From Fibrobacter sp. (GTDB lineage: Bacteria > Fibrobacterota > Fibrobacteria > Fibrobacterales > Fibrobacteraceae), in NCBI GenBank assembly GCA_024398955.1, contig JAKSIG010000004.1:11539-75538 (forward strand): 64,000 nt of DNA, given 5' to 3'. Position numbers and translations under genes: made by a program. Within the stretch, counting starts at the first letter, position 1. The number at the start of each line of letters is the position of its first letter. The notes beneath the pieces were generated by a model. That model saw nothing but the letters and a program-made list of their open reading frames with translations, had not been told where the DNA came from and made no database searches. Of this stretch, positions 30,051-40,040 are shown piece after piece.

Positions 30051-31451
30051 TTATTTCTTCCAGACGTACCTATCCAGCAGGTAGGCGAGAAGCATCTGCT
30101 GGTCTTCGGTGCCATTGGCCAGCTCCTTGGCCAGGGGGATGAAGTGGCTGATGCGTTCCTTTGCCTTCTGGCCGCCGAAATGCTTGCTGACTTCCTGCAG
30201 TTGCTTGAGGGTGCGTTCTCCCACCTTCTTGGCGATTGCTTCGTTGGTCAGAGGTTCCTGCTTGATAAAGTTGATGCCGAAGTCTGCGGCGGTCTTCTTG
30301 ATCTCGATTTCTTCCACCGGAGTGATGAGGGATATACAGACTCCGCTACGGCCTGCACGGGCGGTACGTCCGCTGCGATGAACGTAGACTTCGTGGTCAT
30401 CGGGGTGGTCGTAGACTATAACATGAGTCACGTGGTCCACATCGATACCGCGGGCCGCTACATCGGTACAAATCAGGATGCGCAGTTTCTTTTCGCGGAA
30501 TGCGTTCAGGGTCTTTTCGCGAAGATTCTGGCTTACGTCGCCGGAGAGGGCGCCAACGTTAAAACCGTAACCAGACAGCACCTGTTCCAGGTAGCTGACG
30601 TCGCATTTCTTGTTACAGAAAATCATGCAACTTTCGGGGTTCTCGTATTCCAGAACCTTGATTGTCATGGAATCCTTGTCCATCACGTCGCAAGAATACC
30701 AGCGGTGTTCCAGGTTGTTGGCAATCACCTTGTCGTAGGACAGGGAAAGGAATTCTGCGGAAGGACGCTGGAATTCGCGGGCGAGTGCCTTCACCGTTTG
30801 GGGGATTGTTGCACTGAACATGGTGCAGGCAATCTGCTTGGGCAGATACTTGCGAATCTTCTGCATGTCCGGGTAGAAACCCATGGATAGCATTTCGTCG
30901 GCTTCATCCAGGATCAGGTCGCGGATATCCAGAAAGTCCACGTTACCGCGCTGCACATGGTCCATCAGGCGGCCGGGGGTTGCGACGATAATGTGTACGC
31001 CTTCCTTCAAAGCCTTCAACTGCGGTTCATAGGAAACACCGCCAAAAATAGCCACGGATTTGATGCCTGTACCTGCAGAAAGTTTCTGCACTTCGTCTTG
31101 TACCTGGATAGCCAATTCGCGTGTGGGAACCAGAATCAAAGCCTGGGGAAAAACGTGGTCACGGACAATGACCTGCAAAAGGGGCAGTACGTAGGCGCCG
31201 GTCTTTCCGGAACCAGTCTTGGACTGAACCAGCATATCGCGGGCCGCCAGCATGTAGGGCATGGTCTTGCGCTGGACGGGCATCAGGTCGGTCCAGCCAT
31301 GGCTTTTAAGAATAGTCTTCTGCTCTTCCGGCAGCATGTCGAAGGTGTAGTCGGGGAGCTTATGTTCGGGTTCAATAATATTGACGGGAGTCAAAAACGG
31401 ATTGACTTTTTCAGTTTTTTCTTCTTTTACAACTTCTTGATTTTCACTCAT
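30051..31451 (-). CDS. DEAD-box RNA helicase
   Basis: TGSGKT, PTRELA, TPGR, DEADEML, SAT, ARGID and HRSGRTAR motifs. Confidence 0.96.
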   Translation of the reverse strand: MSENQEVVKEEKTEKVNPFLTPVNIIEPEHKLPDYTFDMLPEEQKTILKSHGWTDLMPVQRKTMPYMLAARDMLVQSKTGSGKTGAYVLPLLQVIVRDHVFPQALILVPTRELAIQVQDEVQKLSAGTGIKSVAIFGGVSYEPQLKALKEGVHIIVATPGRLMDHVQRGNVDFLDIRDLILDEADEMLSMGFYPDMQKIRKYLPKQIACTMFSATIPQTVKALAREFQRPSAEFLSLSYDKVIANNLEHRWYSCDVMDKDSMTIKVLEYENPESCMIFCNKKCDVSYLEQVLSGYGFNVGALSGDVSQNLREKTLNAFREKKLRILICTDVAARGIDVDHVTHVIVYDHPDDHEVYVHRSGRTARAGRSGVCISLITPVEEIEIKKTAADFGINFIKQEPLTNEAIAKKVGERTLKQLQEVSKHFGGQKAKERISHFIPLAKELANGTEDQQMLLAYLLDRYVWKK

Positions 31452-31499
31452 AATGAGTGCAAATTTAGAAAAAATCCTTGTAAAACCATGCGGTCTTTC

Positions 31500-32777
31500 T
31501 TACAAAGACCAGTGGTATTCAAGACCAAAACTGATAAACCAGTCTACGGTAGACGCCCCTATGGTTGTAGGTTCTGCCGCAGCATCGGGAGAGGGTTCCG
31601 TATAAACGTCCTTCCCTCGACTAGAAATTCCTGTGCGGATGCTGAAACCATAATGGTCCAAGACCACGAATTGGCTTCCTATACCGAGAAGAGCGCCCTT
31701 GTAGGCGTCTTCAAATTTGATGCGTGATTCGTAAGCTTTCGAGGGCTTCTTGTTGTCATCCTTTAAAGCAATGTCTTCGGAATAGAAACTGTATTGGAAT
31801 CCAAGAAATGCAAATGCATGAATGTCAAACCATTTGAGCGGCTCAAAGGTCTGGGAGAACATTACGTTTAGGCCAATTTCATGTTGGCTGAAATCCCAAT
31901 GATCAAGTTCCTTGTAAACCGTGTCCCTGTCGTCTGTTTTGACCTTGTGACTTGAGTAGCGGTAGAAAATTTCACCACCGATAAATCCGTACCATGTTCC
32001 GCCTACATACAAAGTATACAATGGGGTGGAATCGTCAATAAAATTCCAGAGGCTGACGGAATCCTTTGTGATTCGGTAGTTGCGAACCTGGCTTCGGGTG
32101 TGGCTGCTGTACCAGTTGTCGGGAGTAAATGGAATCTGCGCCTGGGCAAAACCTGCCGAAATTCCGGCCCATGCTCTAAAGGTTGGAACTTCCTTATAGA
32201 AATCATCGGGTTCAGTCAGCTTCTTGGCTCGCTCTTCCTTGCTTAGCCTGCGGGTGGTATTCCTGTCAAAGAATGTACTTGCAATTTCGTCACCTAGCGC
32301 TATTTTGTCGGCGTTCATGGGAACAACTCCGCCAGCCTTTGGCTCTGACGAAGTCTCGTCAAAAATTGCAATCTGAAGTTCGCTTCCTTTGTCTGAAATG
32401 AACATCACGATTTTGTCTTCGATGGCCTGCAGCTTTGCACTCATAGAGGGATGACGAGCCTTTAGGTAACCGGCTGCCAGGCCAGGTTCCATGTTTGCGC
32501 TCAGCCAGTTGCCGTAGCGAATGGCTATGGTGTCGCGTTCCCATTCGCCAAGGGTGCGACATTTGGGGTCTCCGATGCCGGAATTGCTTCTGCGTAAAGA
32601 AAGGCAAAATTCCTTAGGCTCTATGGGCAGATCCTTTCCGGTGTTCCAGATAAGGATGTCGGCGTCTTTCCACAAAGTCCATTTTGAGTCAAAGTAGACC
32701 TTTCCTGCAGAAGCGACGCTTGCCAAGGTAAGCAGGACGACCAACAGCAAATTTATTGAAGAACGGAAGGGTTTCAT
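31500..32777 (-). CDS. Hypothetical exported protein, probable C-terminal beta-barrel
   Basis: Signal peptide; aromatic-rich alternating strands ending FGLEYHWSL. Confidence 0.65.
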   Translation of the reverse strand: MKPFRSSINLLLVVLLTLASVASAGKVYFDSKWTLWKDADILIWNTGKDLPIEPKEFCLSLRRSNSGIGDPKCRTLGEWERDTIAIRYGNWLSANMEPGLAAGYLKARHPSMSAKLQAIEDKIVMFISDKGSELQIAIFDETSSEPKAGGVVPMNADKIALGDEIASTFFDRNTTRRLSKEERAKKLTEPDDFYKEVPTFRAWAGISAGFAQAQIPFTPDNWYSSHTRSQVRNYRITKDSVSLWNFIDDSTPLYTLYVGGTWYGFIGGEIFYRYSSHKVKTDDRDTVYKELDHWDFSQHEIGLNVMFSQTFEPLKWFDIHAFAFLGFQYSFYSEDIALKDDNKKPSKAYESRIKFEDAYKGALLGIGSQFVVLDHYGFSIRTGISSRGKDVYTEPSPDAAAEPTTIGASTVDWFISFGLEYHWSL

Positions 32778-33463
32778 TTGTTCGCTCCCGTATAAAGATT
32801 GCTGCGGATCTGCTGTACCGACGAACGTACCAAAAGTTCCAGATCCTTCAAGGTAAACTGAACTATTGGCCGCTGAATTTCGTCAACGGCACTAAAAAGC
32901 GGACGTTGCTTTAAGTTGTCCCACAGGGTGTAAGAAACGATGGCGCTGATGTTTTGTACCGCGGACCTCTCTTGACTTTCGTTATGAGTGTAAGCGTAGT
33001 CAAAGTAGTCTTCGCGCTTAAGGTCTGTTCCTACAATAACTTCGTGAATTAGCAGGACGATGGGCGGAACGTTACCTGCGCTATCCAGCATCTGCACGCC
33101 TTGGTCAGGCAAGTGCCCCTTCATGAAAATGCGGTCGTCCAATTTCTGGCTTTCTTCGGGGAACTGGGCGAGAGCCTTTTCAGGAAATACCGTTAGCTTG
33201 CTGTAGCCTCCGCGGAATTCGTCCAGCATCACCTGGGCACAGAAAACTGTGGACTTGATCTGGGTACTGTCTCCAAAATCAAGACGTTTGGCAAACCAGT
33301 TGGTTCTTGTCAGAACAAATGCTTCTTGCACGCCTGCAATTGCAAGTTCACCATAAGGAGCCTTGCTGTAGGCAGGATGTTTCTTGCTCCATTGATAACT
33401 TTGGCTGCACCCCGTAAGAGCGCAAGCCAGGACCGCTATCGTTAGAACAAGAACATTTCTCAT
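32774..33463 (-). CDS. Hypothetical lipoprotein
   Basis: Lipobox LTGC; ATGA overlap with the downstream gene. Confidence 0.7.
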   Translation of the reverse strand: MRNVLVLTIAVLACALTGCSQSYQWSKKHPAYSKAPYGELAIAGVQEAFVLTRTNWFAKRLDFGDSTQIKSTVFCAQVMLDEFRGGYSKLTVFPEKALAQFPEESQKLDDRIFMKGHLPDQGVQMLDSAGNVPPIVLLIHEVIVGTDLKREDYFDYAYTHNESQERSAVQNISAIVSYTLWDNLKQRPLFSAVDEIQRPIVQFTLKDLELLVRSSVQQIRSNLYTGANK

Positions 33464-33465
33464 TT

Positions 33466-33543
33466 CAATTAACAGTTAACAATGAACAAAAATAGGGCGG
33501 CAAGGCCGCGACTATTAATCATTGTTTTAATTATTCATTGTAA
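33466..33543. repeat. Inverted heptamer repeats (AACAATG/CATTGTT type)
   Basis: caattaacagttaacaatgaacaa...atcattgttttaattattcattgtaa. Confidence 0.5.
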
Positions 33544-33565
33544 ATCAAAGATTTAAAACTTTGAT

Positions 33566-34237
33566 TTACTTAGCTCCCCACTGTTCGCGGTAGGCGTAAA
33601 CCTTTTCCAGGATTCCTTCGGGGGCGTTGATGGCCTTGCGGTTTTCTTCTTTTTCGAGGAAGGCGATAATGTCGTTGATGTTCACGATAGAGTGGGCTTC
33701 GATGCCGTATTCTTCCTGTACAGTCTGCAGGGCAGACTTGCCATTGTCCAGCTTTTCCTTGCGGTCTACAGAAATCAGAAGACCAATCACATTTGCATTT
33801 TCGATGTTCTTAAGAATCTGCAAGGTCTCGTTGACGGAGGTACCTGCGGTAATCACATCTTCGATAATGACAACGTTGGTCTTTTCGCCATACTTGTAGC
33901 CCACCAGGGAACCGCCTTCGCCGTGGTCCTTTGCTTCTTTACGATTATAGGTAAAGGTCAAGTTCTTGGCGTAAACGTCGGAAAGCTTCATGGCAGTAGC
34001 TGCGCACAGGGGGATGCCCTTGTAGGCGGGACCATAAAGGTTGGTGGCCTTGCCGTCGAAATGTTCAACGAATGCAGCTGCGTAGAATTCGGCCAACTTA
34101 GACAAAGATGCGCCGGTGCGGAATTCTCCGGTATTGATAAAGTACGGAGTGTTGCGGCCGCTCTTGGTAACGAAGTCGCCAAACTTGAGGGCGCCTGATT
34201 CCACGAGGAAATGGACGAATGCGTCTGTCTTATTCAT
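33566..34237 (-). CDS. pyrE: Orotate phosphoribosyltransferase
   Basis: FGDFVTKSGR, GPAYKGIP, NRKEAKDHGEGG and EDVITAGTS motifs. Confidence 0.97.
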   Translation of the reverse strand: MNKTDAFVHFLVESGALKFGDFVTKSGRNTPYFINTGEFRTGASLSKLAEFYAAAFVEHFDGKATNLYGPAYKGIPLCAATAMKLSDVYAKNLTFTYNRKEAKDHGEGGSLVGYKYGEKTNVVIIEDVITAGTSVNETLQILKNIENANVIGLLISVDRKEKLDNGKSALQTVQEEYGIEAHSIVNINDIIAFLEKEENRKAINAPEGILEKVYAYREQWGAK

Positions 34238-34269
34238 TTTAAATCTCGCTTTGTTATAGCTTTAAATCT

Positions 34270-34797
34270 TTAGGAGGATGCTCCAACAAGCATTGAAAGA
34301 ATGTTGGCAAATACATTGGTTTGTTCTGTAAGGACCTCTACAACCACGAGAATGGCTACCACGAGAACGCAGAGACCGATGTAGAAATAGAAGGACTTCT
34401 TGAATCCCTTGATTTTCAGTTTGAAAATCAACCAGAAAATGAAACTGAGGATGCCGCTGAACATCCATGCAGCTGCAGGATTGAGCTCAACAACGCGGCT
34501 AACTGCGAAGGAGACTGCGATGCCAGGAATAAAGAAGAAGCAGACGCACAATACACAAAGCAGTGCGAATCCCACATAGTGCGAAAATCCACGTTCCTTC
34601 TGGACGACAACCTGAGGCTTTGTCGGAGTGACGGTCTCCGCGGGTTTTTCTGCCGGGGCCGGTTTTTGCTCTTCGGTTGCCTTAGGGGCTTCTGCCGGTT
34701 TCTCTGTTGCAGGGGCGGTTGCAGAAACCTGAACTTCTGCAGCCGTTGCAGGTGCTGTCGTATTGGCTGTTTCCAGCTTGTTTTGTTCTTCAGACAT
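34270..34797 (-). CDS. Hypothetical membrane protein with Ala/Pro/Glu-rich N-terminus
   Basis: GAGG RBS before MSEEQ; three to four hydrophobic helices. Confidence 0.7.
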   Translation of the reverse strand: MSEEQNKLETANTTAPATAAEVQVSATAPATEKPAEAPKATEEQKPAPAEKPAETVTPTKPQVVVQKERGFSHYVGFALLCVLCVCFFFIPGIAVSFAVSRVVELNPAAAWMFSGILSFIFWLIFKLKIKGFKKSFYFYIGLCVLVVAILVVVEVLTEQTNVFANILSMLVGASS

Positions 34798-34808
34798 GTT
34801 TGCCTCGA

Positions 34809-35654
34809 TTAGAGAATAAAAGTACGACCGTTGTAAACAAAAACACGGTGTTCCAGCCAAAGCTTAAGAGCCTGGGACAATGTGCGCTTTTCGATATCCT
34901 TACCCAGTTCGACCAGCTCGTTGATGCTGGCTGTTTCTGGCACGCGCTGGATATCCTGGGCGATAATGGGACCCTGGTCCAGATCTTCGGTGGCAAAGTG
35001 CGCTGTTGCACCGATAATCTTCACGCCCTTGTTCCATGCCTGATGGTAGGGCTTGGCACCCTTGAAGGCGGGCAAGAAGCCGTGATGGATGTTGATGACT
35101 CGGTACTTGAATTCTTCAGTAAAGGCTGCAGAAAGAATCTGCATATAGCGGGCCAGAACCACGGTGTCAGTCTTTGTTTCGGCGATGATTTCGCGGAAAC
35201 GGTTTTCGGGAATCGTCTTGTCCGGATTCGACGGCACGTAGTAGAAAGGAACGCCGAAGGAGCCGCCGACCGCAGCGAGATCGGTGTGGTTGCCGACGAT
35301 GCAGCTGAATTCGCAGGGCAGGTCGCCATCGCGATGCTTCAGGAGCAAATCGTAAAGGCAGTGATCCGTCTTGGATACGAAAATTGCAACACGTTCCACC
35401 TTGGTGGTGTCGAACAGTTTCCAGTTCAGCTGGAGATGACCTTCCAGGGTTTCCAGGTGCTTGCGAACTTCTTCGATGTTTTCGGAATCTGCTTCGAAAA
35501 CCGCACGTAGGAAGAAGGTCTCGATGTCCTTGGCAGTGTGCTGCTGAAGGTCAATAATGTTTGCCCCGGCTTTCGCAAGAACTTGCGTTGTGCCGGCGAT
35601 AAGTCCCTTTTGGTCAGGGCAGTGAATTTGCAAAATATAACGTGTGATAGCCAT
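34809..35654 (-). CDS. purU: Formyltetrahydrofolate deformylase
   Basis: ACT domain CPDQKG; VSKTDHCL, LARYMQIL, NIHHGFLPAFKGAKPY and LDQGPIIAQ motifs. Confidence 0.97.
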   Translation of the reverse strand: MAITRYILQIHCPDQKGLIAGTTQVLAKAGANIIDLQQHTAKDIETFFLRAVFEADSENIEEVRKHLETLEGHLQLNWKLFDTTKVERVAIFVSKTDHCLYDLLLKHRDGDLPCEFSCIVGNHTDLAAVGGSFGVPFYYVPSNPDKTIPENRFREIIAETKTDTVVLARYMQILSAAFTEEFKYRVINIHHGFLPAFKGAKPYHQAWNKGVKIIGATAHFATEDLDQGPIIAQDIQRVPETASINELVELGKDIEKRTLSQALKLWLEHRVFVYNGRTFIL

Positions 35655-35832
35655 GTTCACAAATCTACAAAAATCCGAGTTTCGCCATGTTTGTGTAAAC
35701 GAAAATACAAGTTATTTTTACCTGCTTTTAGGCATTGCTTCCAAATGCCGTTAGTTTATAAAAAAACGGTTTGAAAATGATATTGAAAAAGCTATTATTG
35801 AACCGTAAAACTTTACAGAAAAAGAAGGAAAA

Positions 35833-36972
35833 ATGAAATTGACTCAAGCTTTTAAGACTGCTGTTCTGGTAAGCTTTGGTTTTGCCGTTATGCAGGCTGT
35901 TGCTATTCCGCCAAAGACCTGGGATGCCATCTACAACGCCGAAGGCGAAGGTGATTATGGTTCCGCCAAGGTCGAAGGTGATATCCGTTTCGGTAAGTAC
36001 ACTCACTACAAGGAAGTTCAGCCGGTTTCTTTCAAGGTAGAAGATGGCCTTTTTGCTTTCTCTGCTGCCGGTAATCTGACAGTTCCCGCAAACAGAATCG
36101 AAAAAGAAAACTTCTACGAAAGCTGCGCCGAAACCAAGGAAGCCTATATCTCCTATTTCAATAAGCCTCGTAAGTTCACCACGGGCAAGGGCAAGAATAA
36201 GGAAGAACACGAATACATCATTAACATCGCCGGTGTAGACCTGGCTTGTGGTAATGATCTGTATGCTGTCGCCGATCTTAGAATCAAGTTTACTAACGAA
36301 GCAGCTCAGGAAGCCTGGAAAAAGGAACTGGAAGGCCGTGAAAAGTATCGCCGCGAAAAAGTGGTGGAATTCCGTCTGGCCGAACAGGAAAAGCGCGCCT
36401 CCCTTCGAGAGGTTTCTGGCGTGTTTACCGACCCTCGTGATGGTCAGGTGTATCGTACCATTAAGGTTGAAGGCCGCGAATGGTTTGCGCAGAACGTGAA
36501 CTACAATGTAGATGGCCATTCCTGGTGCTACGAAGATAAGGAAAGCTACTGTATGCGTGGCGGCCGTCTGTACGACCTGGAAGGAGCCCGTAAGGCCTGC
36601 CCCGAAGGTTGGCATCTTCCTCGTGACCGCGAATGGACTGACCTGCTGGTTGGCTTGACCCACTGCTATGACGGTGTTGACAAGTGCGAAGCTTTTGCCA
36701 AGAAGATGAAGGCTACCACCGGCTGGCAGGGTGGCGGCGGTACCGATGAATATGGTTTCTCTGTATTCTCTTCCGGTTATCGCAAACTTATTGGTAAGTC
36801 TACTGTTCGCTACGAAGACATGGGTGAGTATGCTGGTTTCTGGTCTGCTCAGAATGGCCGTAACGAAACCATCTGGATTTGGGCCATGGGCCGCATGAGT
36901 GACCAGATGGTTCGCCAGCTGGTGCCCAGCAAGACCAACGCTTACTCTGTTCGCTGCATTAACGGGAACTAA
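35833..36972 (+). CDS. Exported protein with Fibrobacter succinogenes major paralogous (FISUMP-type) domain
   Basis: FTDPRDGQVYRTIKV..WFAQNVNY, GRLY, ACPEGWHLP, GTDEYGFS and YSVRCI motifs. Confidence 0.9.
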   Translation: MKLTQAFKTAVLVSFGFAVMQAVAIPPKTWDAIYNAEGEGDYGSAKVEGDIRFGKYTHYKEVQPVSFKVEDGLFAFSAAGNLTVPANRIEKENFYESCAETKEAYISYFNKPRKFTTGKGKNKEEHEYIINIAGVDLACGNDLYAVADLRIKFTNEAAQEAWKKELEGREKYRREKVVEFRLAEQEKRASLREVSGVFTDPRDGQVYRTIKVEGREWFAQNVNYNVDGHSWCYEDKESYCMRGGRLYDLEGARKACPEGWHLPRDREWTDLLVGLTHCYDGVDKCEAFAKKMKATTGWQGGGGTDEYGFSVFSSGYRKLIGKSTVRYEDMGEYAGFWSAQNGRNETIWIWAMGRMSDQMVRQLVPSKTNAYSVRCINGN

Positions 36973-37050
36973 TGACGCAGGGGGCGACGCCCTAAGTGTT
37001 CGTTAACCACTAACCCTCCTCCTGATTCAATAGCTTGCTGAAATCAACAG

Positions 37051-37080
37051 AAGACCTGCGAAATTTTGCGGGTCTTTTTT
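37051..37080 (+). terminator. Rho-independent terminator
   Basis: AAGACCTGCG-AAATT-TTGCGGGTCTTTTTT. Confidence 0.7.
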
Positions 37081-37310
37081 GCATATGCAATCAAGGGGGT
37101 TGGGCCTCCTGAGGAGCGAGTTCACTCGCCCTCAGACACGAGAAAAAGTCCGTTCGCTAGAACGGACTTTTGTGAGTGGGGATTCCACAAATGCGTAAGT
37201 CGAACGTTGCGAGCAAATTTATTTGCGCATAACTGAGTCTTGCATTTGGCGATTTCGCCAAGGGATGGCAACCCCTTTGCATCTATATTACATCGGTGCT
37301 GCGCTGCTGC

Positions 37311-37534
37311 GCGATGTTCGTCGGCTCGGAAATGCGAGTCAAGCACTCGCGCTTCACTCGCCTCCTTACATCTGCGCTACTATGTAGCGCGATGTGCTGC
37401 ACATAGGATATACGAGTGAGCGAGCTCCCTCGTGCATCCTATGTTTGCTTACATTTGCATGCTTCGCATGCGATGTTCGTCGGCTCGGAAATGCGAGTCA
37501 AGCACTCGCGCTTCACTCGCCTCCTTACATCTGC
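37311..37534. repeat. Tandem array of three GCGATGT...TTACAT(C/T)TGC stem-loop units; units 1 and 3 are identical 65-mers
   Basis: Units at 37311-37375, 37389-37458 and 37470-37534, joined by mini-hairpins GCTACTATGTAGC and ATGCTTCGCAT. Confidence 0.85.
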
Positions 37535-39237
37535 CTAATCGGGAAGAGGCCCAGCAGATCCAGTACGTTTTCCAGCACAATCTGGGTGGACTGTACCAGG
37601 AACAGACGGGACTTTTCTTCGGCAGAACCGAGAACGCGGTCTTCGTGGATGAACTTGTGGGCGGCTTCTGCGATTTCCAGGGCATACTGGGCGAGAACGC
37701 TGGGTTCGTCACCGGCCACGGCACCGAGAATCTTGTCGGCCTTCTTGGACAGAAGGTTGATGAGACTGTAGGCGGCATCGTCTGCCAGCTGGTCGTAGTT
37801 CACGTCGGAAACGGGAACGGTGTAGCCGGCCTTCTTCATGATGCTGCAGAGGCGCACATGTGCGTTCTGGACATAAGGACCGGTATCGCCTTCGAAACTC
37901 ATGACTGCGTCCCAGTCAAAACGGACATCCTTCACGCGGCTGTTCTTCAGGTCGTTGAAAGTCAGTGCGGAAATACCGATCTGACGTGCGATCAGTTCCT
38001 TGTTTTCCAGTTCCGGATTCTTGGCGTCGATGAATTCAAGAATCTTCTTCTGGGCGGCTTCGATCACGTCACGCAGAAGACTTGCTGTACCTGTACGGGT
38101 CTTGCCCTTTTCCCACTTGCCATCTACCAGCTGAAGGATCACGCCGAAGGGAATGTGATACATGTTGGTGTACCATTCGCGACCCATTTTCTTCAGCACA
38201 TGGAACACCTGCTTGAAGTGCAATGCCTGACCTAGGTCAACCACATAGAGGCACTTATCAAAGTTGTATTCCTTCATGCGGTAATCGGCTGCGGCCAGGT
38301 CGCGGGTTGCGTACAAAGTAGAACCGTCGCTCTTGCGGATCAGGCAGGGGTTCAGGTCAAATTCATCCAGCATCACCACGTCCAGATCCTGGCTCTTGAT
38401 CATCAGGTTCTTTTCGCGAAGTTCGTCAAGAATAGCCGGAATCTTGTCTTCAAAGAAGGATTCGCCAGTGTAGTGGTCGAAGCCGACGCCCATCATGTCG
38501 TAGATGCGCATCAGTTCCTTTAAGGTTGCTGCCTTAAATGCAGACCACAGGGTGCGGTAGAATTCGTCGCCCTGTTCCAGCTTGGTAAATGCAGCGCGGG
38601 CTTCGTCTTCCAGGCCAGGCTCTTCCTTGCAGGCCTTGGAGAAGGCTGCATAGAGAATGTTCAGTTCCTTGACGGTTAGGGAATCCAGTGTGGCCTGGTC
38701 GGTGGGGCGCTTTTCGCGGAGGTACATCACGATGAGCTTGCCGAAGGCGGTTCCCCAGTCACCCAGATGGTTAATACGTTCAACCTTGTAACCGGCAGCC
38801 TTGTAAATGCGGCTTAGAGAATTACCGATCATGGTAGAACGCAGGTGGTGGAATGCCAGTTCCTTACCGATGTTGGGGGAACTGAAGTCGATGCAGACCA
38901 CCTTGCCGTTGGATTCCTGGTGACCGTAAGCAAGACCCTTTTCGGCAATACCTTCAAGAGTGGACTTTGCCAGGAAGTTGCGGTCGATAAAGAAATTTAG
39001 GTAGCCATTGACTGCTTCTACCTTTGAAAGTCCTGCAGGGAGCTTTACCTGGGCTGCCAGTTCTTCGGCAATAATCTTCGGTGCCTTGCGCAGGGTCTTT
39101 GCCAGCGAGAAGCAAGGAATGGTAAAGTTTCCGTGGGTGGTGTCAGGCGGCACAGAGATAAGCTTGAGGGCTGCATTGGCAGTAAAGCTGCCGGTTGCTT
39201 CTAGTGCGTTTGCAATTTCTTGCTCAAACGAGTTCAT
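37525..39237 (-). CDS. argS: Arginyl-tRNA synthetase
   Basis: DFSSPNIGK, HLRSTMIG, NHLGDWGT, KSDGSTLYATRD and FEGDTGPYVQ motifs; start at MNSFEQ 39237. Confidence 0.96.
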   Translation of the reverse strand: MNSFEQEIANALEATGSFTANAALKLISVPPDTTHGNFTIPCFSLAKTLRKAPKIIAEELAAQVKLPAGLSKVEAVNGYLNFFIDRNFLAKSTLEGIAEKGLAYGHQESNGKVVCIDFSSPNIGKELAFHHLRSTMIGNSLSRIYKAAGYKVERINHLGDWGTAFGKLIVMYLREKRPTDQATLDSLTVKELNILYAAFSKACKEEPGLEDEARAAFTKLEQGDEFYRTLWSAFKAATLKELMRIYDMMGVGFDHYTGESFFEDKIPAILDELREKNLMIKSQDLDVVMLDEFDLNPCLIRKSDGSTLYATRDLAAADYRMKEYNFDKCLYVVDLGQALHFKQVFHVLKKMGREWYTNMYHIPFGVILQLVDGKWEKGKTRTGTASLLRDVIEAAQKKILEFIDAKNPELENKELIARQIGISALTFNDLKNSRVKDVRFDWDAVMSFEGDTGPYVQNAHVRLCSIMKKAGYTVPVSDVNYDQLADDAAYSLINLLSKKADKILGAVAGDEPSVLAQYALEIAEAAHKFIHEDRVLGSAEEKSRLFLVQSTQIVLENVLDLLGLFPIRQM

Positions 39238-39649
39238 TGTCGTCTCCTGCCTTACCGGCTGACTTCTTGGAGGCTTCGCGTGCGAAGTCTTCTTCATTCA
39301 GTTCTTCAATCTTGCCGTCTGCGTACAGGCGGTCCAGAGAAATTTCTGCGCGTTTTTCTTCTTCGAACAGGTGTACCATCAGGTCTAGGCCTGCGTCGAA
39401 TACTGCCCAGCGCACGCCTTCCTTGTATTCTACCCCGAGGGAAGAAAGCTTGTTTGCCTTGAATTCCTTGTGGAGTTCGTTGAGAATTGCCTGCATCTGC
39501 GCTTCGCTTTCGCAGGTTGCCACCAGAAAGAAATCGGTTACATCCTTGATTCCGCGAAGGTCAATGAGTTGCACGTTCTGTGCGCGCAATTCAAAAAGAA
39601 TGCTTGCGCCCAGCTGGATAGATTCCGGCAGTTCGTTTTTTTTCGTCAT
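39224..39649 (-). CDS. rsfS: Ribosome silencing factor RsfS (Iojap)
   Basis: LIDLRG..TDFFLVAT, WAVFDAG.LMVHLF and LDRLYAD motifs. Confidence 0.88.
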   Translation of the reverse strand: MTKKNELPESIQLGASILFELRAQNVQLIDLRGIKDVTDFFLVATCESEAQMQAILNELHKEFKANKLSSLGVEYKEGVRWAVFDAGLDLMVHLFEEEKRAEISLDRLYADGKIEELNEEDFAREASKKSAGKAGDDNELV

Positions 39650-39650
39650 G

Positions 39651-40040
39651 TTATTTTCCCTCTTCGGGTTCTATGATTTGTTTAAAGTCTTTTCCGATAT
39701 ATACGGCCGCATCGACTACGGCGCGCTTGCTTGCCACAACCAGCACGTTGTTGGTCTTTAACGCCTTGGCCAGAGCCTGGGCGCCTTCCCATTCCGGGTT
39801 TCTTAATACGATTACGGTCTCTTCGTAATTTTGCAGGCGGTCGTTTCTGGAACTTACCACGTCAAAACCGTTCTGGCGCAGGTAGTTTCTCATTGAGGCC
39901 GCAGCACCCTGCATACCACAACTGTTCAGGACTTCCACATCGCCCTTATAAGAACGAACTTCCTGAACCTTCGGTGCTTCAACTTCTTCCTTGCATCCGA
40001 GAATTGCCAAACAGAAAATGAGACAGATTAATAATCGCAT
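39651..40040 (-). CDS. LytR C-terminal domain lipoprotein
   Basis: Lipobox ILGC; VEVLNSCGMQGAA...GFDV...VYIGKDF. Confidence 0.8.
   Translation of the reverse strand: MRLLICLIFCLAILGCKEEVEAPKVQEVRSYKGDVEVLNSCGMQGAAASMRNYLRQNGFDVVSSRNDRLQNYEETVIVLRNPEWEGAQALAKALKTNNVLVVASKRAVVDAAVYIGKDFKQIIEPEEGK

Noticed and set aside
37311-37534. CRISPR or integron attC interpretation
   Set aside because: Only three units, two fully identical, with no unique spacers, cassette ORFs, RYYYAAC/GTTRRRY ends or integrase.
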